A stretch of DNA of 58,690 bases, counting the filler, from Sluysia triapertura (Eukaryota): NCBI GenBank assembly GCA_046118255.1. It is 4 parts of 4 records of this genome, joined end to end, with 100 filler letters (N's around TTAATTAATTAA, not from the genome) between each part and the next. Parts side by side here need not be neighbours in the genome. Positions count along the whole stretch, not along the records: positions 38,897 to 58,690 come from JBJNIA010043239.1; 3 more parts are not named here. The stretch is one strand, 5' to 3'. A program made the position numbers and the translations under genes. Within the stretch, counting starts at the first letter, position 1. The number at the start of each line of letters is the position of its first letter. The notes beneath the pieces were generated by a model, which was given only the letters and a program-made list of their open reading frames with translations, ran no database searches and was not told the DNA's origin. This document shows positions 39,943 through 50,326 of this stretch, one piece after another.

Positions 39943-40896
39943 TTAAGTAGAATCTGTTGATTTTTCATTCGAAATAACTCTCAATACTTTTTTATGGTGC
40001 TCTTTACTCTTATAGTGCATTCTCATACAAAATAACAATGATTCAGTAATTATTAATACAAAATTTATTGTAGAACAAATAAATCCTGTTAACATAAATC
40101 CAAATATTATTTTAAAATAAATGTTAATATGGAGTGATTGTTTCAATAATTTTAAAATCCTTGAATAACAACTCGGATGACATTTGTATGGTTTATAAGT
40201 TTCATTTTTATTTCCTGTATAGACACAGCAAATATTTGGTATTTTGTATTTTATAGTCATTTCTGTCCAACTTTTTTTACCACAGCAATTTAATCCTAAT
40301 GATAATGCAGCAATACTATCGGAAATTGTATTGTTACTGAAAATTTTATTAATACCACATATGTAACATTCATATGCTGTAAAATTGTAATACAAGGCAT
40401 CAACTATCCGCACAGAACTATAATTTGGTACATCAGTAAATACGATTACTGTAAAAATGAAATAAAACGACAAATATATTGAAAAAATAAATAAAAGAAG
40501 AAACAGAATTATTTGAAATTTACCTATAACCATTGTAATCATTAAAATGTTAAATATTAATAAACAAGCAATAATTCCAATAGTAATGTAAATTTCATAT
40601 CTTGTTTTCAAGTCCACTTTTGAAATTATTTGATGCATTGTTGTTATAATATTCGATAAATGTTCATTATCAATAAACTTAGAAAAAGTAAAACCAGTAG
40701 TGTTTAAATTAAATCTATTAAAGCCAACCTCTGAAACCAATGTATCATGTATATTATAAGATAAAAATAGCAAAATCGCAATTGCAGATATTTCAGATAA
40801 CATTATTATTATTAAAATTAAAAAAATAATTGTATTAATCCATCTACGCTGATATGGAAGTAAGTGTTTTTTTTGCTTCCAAGCTAAAATCGGCAT
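39943..40896 (-). CDS. Divergent tetraspanin, intronless, 317 aa
   Basis: Four hydrophobic segments; the large loop has LNCCG..SW, IPNICC and a Cys before TM4. Confidence 0.8.
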   Translation of the reverse strand: MPILAWKQKKHLLPYQRRWINTIIFLILIIIMLSEISAIAILLFLSYNIHDTLVSEVGFNRFNLNTTGFTFSKFIDNEHLSNIITTMHQIISKVDLKTRYEIYITIGIIACLLIFNILMITMVIGKFQIILFLLLFIFSIYLSFYFIFTVIVFTDVPNYSSVRIVDALYYNFTAYECYICGINKIFSNNTISDSIAALSLGLNCCGKKSWTEMTIKYKIPNICCVYTGNKNETYKPYKCHPSCYSRILKLLKQSLHINIYFKIIFGFMLTGFICSTINFVLIITESLLFCMRMHYKSKEHHKKVLRVISNEKSTDST

Positions 40897-41765
40897 ATAC
40901 TTACTTTTGTAAACAATTATTATTATTGACTTATTATTTTAATAAATTAATATTACACGTTCATTATATTAAAATTTATCATTTGAAAATTTTGTATGTA
41001 GTTATTGTGGATCTTAACGAGAATATTATTCCTTAGTAATGCTACTAACCTTGTTTAATTTAAGACAATTTTGAGCTTGGAAAGTAAGTTGTTTTAAATT
41101 TAAATTTGTTTTCATTAATGCAAATAAAAGAATACAATATTGAATATTTTAATAAGTTTGGAACCAGAGAAATGTATGAAAGTCTTAACATTAATAAGTG
41201 AAGAAGATTAATAGAAGTCTAGAATTCTTAGCCAATTAATAAACCTTTCTTTCCTTGATTTGCGATATTTATTGAAGTTAATTGAGCAACGGCATAATTT
41301 GATTTAAGTCTTTCGAGTTTGTTGTAAATGTAGCAATTTTATTTTCTTTTAAGAATATCGATAAAACGTGTATTGATATTTGACGATCAATTTTGTTGAA
41401 TTTAGATCAAAACAACTAAATATTTGCTTTCATATATTAAAATTTTCAAGCATTTATTAATGTTTCGACAATGTTTAAATGCGTTTTTGAGCAAACCTAT
41501 TTACAGAGGAAGTTCATTTTTAATCGTAGTAATGCCGGATTTCAACTTTCAATTTGTAATTACATAATTAATCATTTAATAACGTCAACCTCTATTTTTG
41601 CATACATATATTATAAAAAGCAACAATATAGAAAATAACTAGAACGTTATTAATAAATATAAGTCCTTGTTCACAATAAAAATACCCAATAATTTGTTGG
41701 TGCAAATTTAGAACACAAAAATTTGTTTTATTGATTGCATTAAGGTCGAACAATCAGATAATCAA

Positions 41766-42842
41766 TTACACTAGCATAAATACATTGCTTTTATCATCAT
41801 CTAAATTTACAGTTTTATTTGTTTTTGAAACACTTTGTGGAGTATTTTTATTTTTATAATCAATTCCTTTTATTTTACTAAACCATGATTGTACAATTAC
41901 TCGAAAAGTTGATCTAAATTGTTCAGACATTATATAATAAACAATAATATTGGATGGGTACGATATGATAACTAGTAAATCACAAATCGGAATCAAATAT
42001 TCATAAAAAATCGGTTCCGTATCTGGAAAAAGCGATTTTGTTATTATGTAAGATACAATTGTGGCACCACTAGGTATTTCAACTATTAAAAATATAATTA
42101 AAATAATTGTTAACATTTTTGAAATGGAATTTGATTGAACTTCAGCCTTTTTGTTTGATTGAGTTGGAGTAGGATTTAGCAGACGTTGTCTGTTTCTATT
42201 AGTTTTTCCTAATGCTTTTATTAATAATATCGTTAAAATTGATAATACTGTACATGGTATTACATTTAAAAATATGACTCTAGATGTATAGTAAATTCCT
42301 GTGATTTGAAAGTTAAAGAAACTACAACGAATAACTGATGTATTAGATGAGTTAGTTTTTTCGTAGTGGAATGTATAAAATGTAAATGAATGCGATATAG
42401 CACTGAAGACATAGACTAGATATATGCATTTATTAGAAGTGTCGTTTGTCCAAATATGAGGTATTTTTATTGGAGAAGTTATATAAAGATATCTTTGTAA
42501 TGCTAATATGACAGTTAAATAGATGGCGGCTGTATGAAAAATTGTAGGACAAACAATTGTGAGATAGTGAACTGCGTAGGCTTTGATAACTGAATTTGGT
42601 TTACGAAATTCCGAACTTAATTTAGCTAAATATATTGGTAAAGGAATTGCACCATTTAATAGATTAGTTACGGCTAATCCTAGTAGAACTATATTAGTTG
42701 GAGATATCATATGACGTTTCGAAAGTACTAGGCAGATAAGGATATTAGTAAACATAGTTGTTATTATAGCAATGGGTGATAATTTACTTTGAATTGTATA
42801 TTCGATATCGGTTTGAGTAAAGTTATTCGATAAGCAAGTCAT
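41766..42842 (-). CDS. Class A peptide GPCR, sex-peptide/MIP-receptor-like, intronless, 358 aa
   Basis: Seven TM segments; VLSKRHMISPTNIVL, PTIFHTAAIYLTVILALQRYLYI, FLIVEIP and YPSNIIVYYIMSEQFRSTF parallel SPR-family motifs. Confidence 0.9.
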   Translation of the reverse strand: MTCLSNNFTQTDIEYTIQSKLSPIAIITTMFTNILICLVLSKRHMISPTNIVLLGLAVTNLLNGAIPLPIYLAKLSSEFRKPNSVIKAYAVHYLTIVCPTIFHTAAIYLTVILALQRYLYITSPIKIPHIWTNDTSNKCIYLVYVFSAISHSFTFYTFHYEKTNSSNTSVIRCSFFNFQITGIYYTSRVIFLNVIPCTVLSILTILLIKALGKTNRNRQRLLNPTPTQSNKKAEVQSNSISKMLTIILIIFLIVEIPSGATIVSYIITKSLFPDTEPIFYEYLIPICDLLVIISYPSNIIVYYIMSEQFRSTFRVIVQSWFSKIKGIDYKNKNTPQSVSKTNKTVNLDDDKSNVFMLV

Positions 42843-43199
42843 TCTACAAAATAAATGGAGTAATAATAGAAATGATTGTTTTAAAAATAATTTCTTTTAA
42901 ACAAATATATCATTAAAACATTTGAAAACATTAAAGTTGGAAAATTTTTATGTAATAATATATAAAATCTAATAAATTTTCGGAAAAAAAGAAATAAGAT
43001 ATAAAACAAACAAATTTTGAAAATTATTTATTATAGTAACTCTCGTTGCTTTTAGCAAAATTTCACCAGACTTGTTCTAACTCCATAAATTCATTTATGG
43101 AAAAGAATTTTTAATAATTAAATCAATATTTTAATAAGCTAACTCTTCAATTTTTATTTGAATTTACACTTCTTTTATAATCAATAAATTAATTTTTGG

Positions 43200-43330
43200 G
43201 CAACTGTCTTTAGTTTAGAGAGCCTGGTTCCACATTTTTCGTTGATAGCGTGCTTACTTCAGTTAATATATAAATTATCTGCTTTGCAGCTCTTTCTACA
43301 TAATGATAAGTTAGAGTTCTGCGTTACATG
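43200..43330 (-). mobile_element. Possible Merlin/IS1016-like transposase remnant
   Basis: Frameshifted YVERA... and INENVEPGS..DS fragments only. Confidence 0.3.
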
Positions 43331-43411
43331 TTAAAAATAATAACTCGATAATTATTCATATTAAATATAGAATTTATTGATTTTACTATTTTATTTTAGA
43401 CCTCATAAAAT

Positions 43412-43480
43412 TGATGGCCGGGATTCGAAACTATTATCTCTGGTTGTGCAGTTCGATGCTTCAAACATTAACCCAACTCA
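43412..43480 (-). pseudogene. tRNA-derived pseudogene or SINE head (tRNA-Cys-like)
   Basis: A-box-like TGGGTTAATGTTTGAAGC, CTGCACA loop and B-box-like TTCGAATCCCGGC; the stems pair poorly. Confidence 0.4.
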
Positions 43481-44099
43481 ATTTATTTTCATTGTAGTTA
43501 ATTGTACAATTTTTTAATTGGCACTTTTTATATATAGAAGTAAATATTTATATTTAAAATTAAACTATTAATACACCAAGCTGCACTTAACAACAAGAAA
43601 AAAAGCAAATTATAAATAAATACAAATATACTCATAGGAACAATACGTAATAACTAATTTAAATCTACTTTAATTTAAATTATAATACAGTTATCGTGCA
43701 TACTATGCACAAATTGATAAATTTCCAATATAGAAGAATCACGATAATTAAATCAAAATAGATTGTTCTTTTACATTTGTCTGCAACAAATGTACTTTAC
43801 ACAGTATTTTTCAATAATATTATAATAATAAGAATTTTATGAATTCTTCTGAATTAATTAATTTAATTAATTTCTCTATATAAGTAAATTCTATTATATG
43901 GCTAATATTTTTTATAGTTAAAATTCTATAATGGATTTTGACGTTTATTATCGTGATAATATGACCAATTTTGCCTATACACAATTTTCTTTTCTTCTCT
44001 ATTACAATTTATAATTTAATGGTTATTTAAGTAATGTCATTATTTAATGGTTATGTGTTGTTAAATTGCCATCACAATCCTTTAAAATCTAAAATTTGC

Positions 44100-44212
44100 A
44101 AAAAAGAAAATTATTTCTAAAATAGAAAATTCTCAAATATTCTGGAATTTTCGAGAGCCTTCTTTAATTGTGATTGGCTGATGACTACTGTATATACTAT
44201 ATACTATATATA
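44100..44212 (+). promoter_or_regulatory. HSE-CCAAT-TATA promoter block, repeat copy 2
   Basis: 5-bp phased GAA44125, TTC44130, TTC44140, GAA44145, TTC44150, GAG44155, TTC44160; ATTGG 44173-44177; TATATA from 44191. Confidence 0.65.
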
Positions 44213-45055
44213 CCGCCTTTTCCTTCTCTTTTCACTACATCCCAACAGTTATACATCCAACTATTACATACTCTTTAAACATCAAATTATATTCACAATT
44301 CCACAACATCTAAATCACAACTATATTTAACATTACCAATTTACATTAACCAATTCATCAGAAACACTACTTGACATTCATAATAACCCCTTATTTTATA
44401 CTGCACTTTAACAATTAATACCTAATAATTAATAATATTCATTCAATAGTTTATTTGCTCAAACCAAATCATAAGCACAAACTTGCAACATATAAACCAT
44501 AATTACATTTAGTACCATTTCATACCACCTTAAATATACAAAGAGTTGTATTGCAATTGTTCTTAGACTTATTAATTCACAATTTTCTCAGTAAACTCTT
44601 TTATCCACGAATTTCAATACCTAAACCCTATTTTTAATTTTAAACTTCAATTAATACTTAAGAACTTATTCTAACATCCTTTATTTCATTTTCGATTCAA
44701 TTCATTTACCATATCTTTAAAAGTTAAATATATTTATCTGATCCTTTAAAACAATTCTTACTCAGTAATTTAGCTTCAAATACATTTTCAACATGATAAA
44801 AACTTTCAAGAATTCAAGTTAAATCGAATATGGTTTTAAAAATTCAATCTTATGAAGTTAAACAACAACTCCAGCATTATACACCATCAAATTATTTAAT
44901 CTTTTTCGTCTCTTCATATGTAAGAATAATATACTAAAGAATGAAAGAAAAGATCATGTATTAATCTTCTAAAAAGGAAAGTTTATGCATATTTTATTCT
45001 TTGTTTTGATAATAATAATAACAATATTATTGTCGTTGTTATTATTATCAATACC
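44213..45055 (+). repeat. Skewed cassette repeat, copy G
   Basis: G-poor, A/C/T-rich body, AAAAGATCATGTA 44948-44960, then an AAT/ATT/GTT tail. Confidence 0.65.
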
Positions 45056-45399
45056 TAAATTAACAAATATTAAAATTTAGTAATCTATATCTGTTGTCAC
45101 CACCATCACCAGTGTTGACGTTTTTAATCATGAATGTCAGTGTCTCGCCTACATCTAATTTTACACTTCACCTTTTCATTGTGATTTCAACTAGCTACCC
45201 AATCAGAGCAAATATAATTCCTCATTTTTGCTAGAAAGCTCTGATTGGATTACCAACAGAACTATAGATAAAAAATTATTACAAAAAAAGATAAGTAATA
45301 AAAATTAGGTACACGCTAAAATAATCGGATAAGTTTTATTGCAATATACAGAATTAATCTATTACTTTAAAGAATTGTAATTGTTTCTTTTACTTTATT

Positions 45400-46817
45400 A
45401 TGAATAATGATCCTGAATCATCGGATGTAGACGAATTAATGGAACAACAAGAGAGAACAAATCCAAACATAAAATATGCTCTGATATTTATGCTAATGAA
45501 AATTACAATCAAAATAAATTAGAATTTTCTGCTTTACCGAATAAACGAATTTACAGTAAAACAAGTAATTCATCGTTTTCTCAACAGTGCGAAAATAAAT
45601 TGACAAATAATTAAAAGTATCTTAGATCCTTAAAAACATATAGTTCTCCAAATTTCGAATACCATGAAGCTTTGGAAACATTTAACGAGTCTACGAGTAA
45701 AGTGTCAGACTATTGTTATGCGATGTAGATTAAAGTCTATTAATCGAAATCCTAATTCAAATCACTGTTACGCGATGTGTTTTAGATTGGAATCTGTTCC
45801 ATGTGGATTAGTTAAGATGCATGATTACAAGTCATCTAATAATTATAAAACACATGATGTAGAACCTATTGTTACGAAGTCCCAATGGAAAATAAGTGCG
45901 ATGAAATAAGAAATGTGAGGCAATTACCAAAATGAATACAAAATTCCATGAATCTTATCAACAGTTCTATGTGATTGGTTGTATTTTGGATCCAATTTAC
46001 AGTTATCATATCAATCACATGATAGGGCTTTTTAATTTACGTAAATGTATTGAACATACGACTCGTTTACATCAGCCGAATGATGACGAAAATAATGCTA
46101 CCGACCAAAAGGTCTATTTAACCATGAAATTAACAAGATTTTTAGTAATAAATAGCGTAACACAACAACCTTTGAATTGTACGTTTAAAACTGATAGGAC
46201 TTTGCAGCAAACAACGGAAGAATTCAATGTTACTGAAGGTGAATTTATTAGGAATCAGTTTAATTCGATGAAGAAGCTTTTACAAAACAGTTACACATTA
46301 AAATTTCATTATATTTACTTTGAATATCACTTTTATCTTATATTTTCTTTAGAATATTTTTTCAGTACGTGTTCCAGCGACGAACTTACGGATGCGGTGC
46401 CAAAACTACTACGCACAAACATCATCCAAAACATAACTTTAGAATTTAATGTTGAAAATAAAATCTGTGTATTACCATTTGTATTCTTCAATAAAATAAG
46501 CTTTAATTTATTAATAATTTACAAACGTGTATTTATTAAACCTTTTAATAAGCAATCGAGAATAATCGTTAACGATATAAAAATTAAGTCAAACATACAA
46601 ATTTTATATGATTTCCAACTTATTATTATTCGATATTATAAGTCTCTTATTAAGTCTCTTATTAATAATTACATTCGGGTGCAATTATTATAGTAAAAAT
46701 TTTGAATATTCACCCTTAGATAAATTTAAGGACAACATAAATAAGCATTTGGCATTCAGAGATGTCAAAACTTCAACTTGGCGTAAACAATATCACCAAA
46801 TTAAAACTCCAAAATAA
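45400..46817 (+). pseudogene. Decayed coding region of unknown family, including the 253-aa ORF at 45932-46693
   Basis: ATG at 45400 (MNNDPESSDVDELMEQQ) and several consecutive plus-strand ORFs broken by stops and frameshifts. Confidence 0.35.
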
Positions 46818-47894
46818 ATTTACTTGTTTGTTAATATGAGTTTACAATTTAAATTAATTTTAAAAGTATGTAATTTATTTGTTTGCCTATGTAAGGGTTA
46901 TGTGAATTTGTTAGGTTAAAAAAGGCGACTATTAAAAATTAAGAAATCGATTTTAATTGGTTTTATGTTTCTTTAGAAAAGCTTTACCAAAATGATTTAA
47001 TTAAAATTTGCATAACAATGAATTACAATAAGGTTATAAAAATTAACATGAAACACTTTAAAGTAAGATATTCAGTGTAATAATTAATAATATTAAATAT
47101 TCAATTAATTACGATGATAAAAAATAATAAAATGTGATAATTCAAATAATAATGTTAATAATATTATTATTAGGATAATAATTTTTGCCTCAATAATTAA
47201 TTTCGTAATAAAATTTTACTAAAAATATATGAGCTCAAATTTTTATAAATTAAATTTTTAAAATTAAATCTAACTATTACATTTTGAATATCGAAGAATA
47301 AAAATGTATCGTTTTTCAGGATTATCGCTTGCCGATTAAATTGTAATATATTATAAAAATAACTTCAAGAATTAACTTTTAGTTTCAGATTATAACTTTT
47401 GGTTAATGATTAATGAAGTGACTATCAATGTGTGATTGTACAAAATAACTTGTAAATTTTATATGATAACCATGTACAATGTTTTATGGTAACGCTATTT
47501 ATATACCCTTTATCAAAATTAAGGTCATTTGACCTTATGACCAACTATATGTAGTAAGCTGATGAATTAGTTAATTAATTAGTCATAATAATAGTACATT
47601 GAAGCTAAAATAAAGTGATGATTAATAATACTCTTGAAAAATGTGATAATAATAATAATAAAATAGCTATAATATAATAATGTTAATCAAAATAGTAAAA
47701 ATACTTTAATATTATAATTTCTAATAATAATAATATTAATAATAATAATTATTATTATTATTTAAAAATAAATTATATTAAAATATTGAATTATTTATAT
47801 TTTACATGAATTACAAAAATTACAACAGTAAATTGCACTATTACAGCATGATTACACTGTTATAGCATGATTTTACACTATTTACAGACTTCAT

Positions 47895-48481
47895 TGTGGT
47901 GGTCAATCTTTAACTTAAAATTCAAAATAATTATTTCATTTGTAATATCACATTTACTAACATTTTATATTTTACTTTCTCAGATTAATTAAAACCTTCT
48001 TACATTTCAAAACAGTTAAATTCATAACCTTATAACATCAAAATTATACTTACATTCAAATCATTAATGTACATTTCAAATTTCATTCAAAACATTTTTA
48101 ACTCATAATTTCATAACATTAGAATCACAATTTACAACTTAAACTATCAAATATAAATTTAAAACTAATCCAAAACATTTCAAGTTCACAATCCTTCAAC
48201 ACTCAATCTTATGTATCATCGAAAAACATTAAAATCACATTCCAAAACCAGTTTAAAAGAGTTTAATCAAAAAGAACTTCATTTAAATTAATTTTGAGTA
48301 AAGAATTTTAAAAGAATTATATTTATGTAATTTAAGATATTTTTATATTTTATAAAAAAGATCATGTAAAGATTTAAAAGAATAAAATTGATGTATTTTA
48401 TATATTATTATTATTATTATTAATATTATTATTATTATTATTAACATTATTATTATTAACATTATTACCATTATTATAATT
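47895..48481 (+). repeat. Skewed cassette repeat, copy F
   Basis: Starts TGTGGTGGTCAATCTTTAACTTAAAAT, body homologous to copy D, AAAAGATCATGTA 48356-48368, (ATT)n tail. Confidence 0.75.
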
Positions 48482-48834
48482 ACGGATTACATAAAACCTT
48501 GATACAGTAAACTGCTTATATATAAACTGCTTGAATTTTTCTTCTAAGTTTTATTAAATCATTATTTAGATTATTAATTTAACATAAGTTATATAATTAA
48601 TTTAACATAAGTTATATAATTATTTCATTTGTAATGATATATAATTTCTTTTTGAAAGATTATATTAACCTTTAAATTATATTTTGCCAGTCCTATTTTA
48701 AATGAGGGCTTAAAATAACCGATAAATAAATTACAAATATTAATAATTGCAGCAAACGAATAGCTAATAGATTAGCATAAGTGATATAAATTGATTAAAC
48801 AACATCTTTGACTTTTGTATTCAAAATCCTATAG

Positions 48835-49371
48835 ACAAACCCTTGTACTACAGGCGAACTCATTGAATTTCTAAAATCAATTTATGTAGGTTCTAGTAGG
48901 AAGCACAACACATCAAAAGTCGAACTTTGTAAACATCTTCGATGCTTTTTTCTTAATGATCATAATTGTTTTCTTGAGGATCAGCCGAACTGTATTGAGA
49001 AGTGTAAGAGAAACAAAAGTCGGACAATTTTAAATTTATTGAAATGGAGAATTGTGTCGTTTGCCGAGATGCTATGTTACGAACTTTTAATTACGTCATG
49101 AAGAATTATTGAAAACTTCTACAAGGCTAACATAGCTACCTCTGAATTTGACAATAAACAAGTGATAAGATTTCAATATCATACTTGTGACGAATACATT
49201 TTATGCTTATTGTGTGGCAGAAGATATTTGCGAAACTGCACTAAACACTTGCATCATGTGTTTATAGGAACATGCGACAGTAAACTGCATAAAAGATCCA
49301 ACAACTTACCTTGTAACAATCATACTATACTAACCTATAACAGTTGTTGTATGCGAAAACTTCCCTTATAA
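48835..49371 (+). pseudogene. Cys/His-rich degenerate coding segment
   Basis: Near-continuous frame (TNPCTTGELIEFL...CKHLRCFF...; HTCDEYILCLLCGRRYLRNCTKHLHH) with one stop, and CVVC in an alternate frame. Confidence 0.35.
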
Positions 49372-50128
49372 CAACTAGTCAACACTTTTGTATAAAACAA
49401 TTTAAATTTCTTAATACAATAATTTGGAATTAAATTTTAAAATATAAAATATTGATTACTTAAATTATAATAAAACTATAACAGAGAAATATTTAACCTT
49501 TCAAAAATTCCACGACATTAATTTCAAATTTATAACGTGAAAATGAAAAAATAATTAGGAATGGTTACCAGCAGGAAAAAAATATTGTTGAAAAACTGTA
49601 TCTTACTTATACAAGAAATAAAATTCATAATTATCATTAGTAATTCCTTCAATTACAACATATTTTCATAACTAGGCTTATTAAATGGTTATCAAACTAA
49701 GATATGTGTCGACAAATTCGTTAGTATTGTCAGTAGTACTAGCAACAGTGTTATTAGGTACTGTTATTTGTTCTTATTATTTAAAAATTAATTATATTAC
49801 CTATTATTTAATTTATTTCATTCCTGTTTTAACGACTTAGTTTCAACTTTAGTTGCGGTATCATAATCCTTATTAAGCACAATTCTTAAATTTATCATTT
49901 TATATAAATTTAAAACAAGCACCTAACTATCAATGATAAAACATTACAAACTCATTTAATCTGTATAACAATTTTTAAACAACTCATAATAAATCAATTA
50001 AGTAAAATCAATAATTTTAGTTTTACCTTAAATATTAACAGTAATCATTAAAAATCATTAACAGTATTCATTCTTATTAAAAATGTAAAAATTGAGCACA
50101 AAATGAAAAGCAAGTGAAATGAACTCAC

Positions 50129-50326
50129 TTCTAAAACCGAATATTCCGGGTCAAGCCCATAATCTTTGATAGGCCGTTCTTCTTGAAGAAACTTACCAGC
50201 TTTACCTGCTGTGGCAGGTTGGAAAAGACCAAAATTATTAACATCATGCAAACGACCACATAAGCTATCGATTATAGTTCGTTTAATAAATGCAACTGAT
50301 TCAGAATTTGGAATACAAATCAATTT
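50129..50326 (-). CDS. SHANK: SHANK-family N-terminal (SPN, ubiquitin-like) domain exon
   Basis: AG/GTGAGT-bounded 198-nt phase-0 exon; LHDVNNFGLFQPATAGKAGKFLQEERPIKDY vs SHANK LQDALNYGLFQPPSRGRAGKFLDEERLLQEY. Other exons were not located. Confidence 0.85.

Noticed and set aside
50129-50326. Talin F0 domain
   Set aside because: It lies downstream of the rod exons, and GLFQP..GKAGKFL.EER is the SHANK signature.
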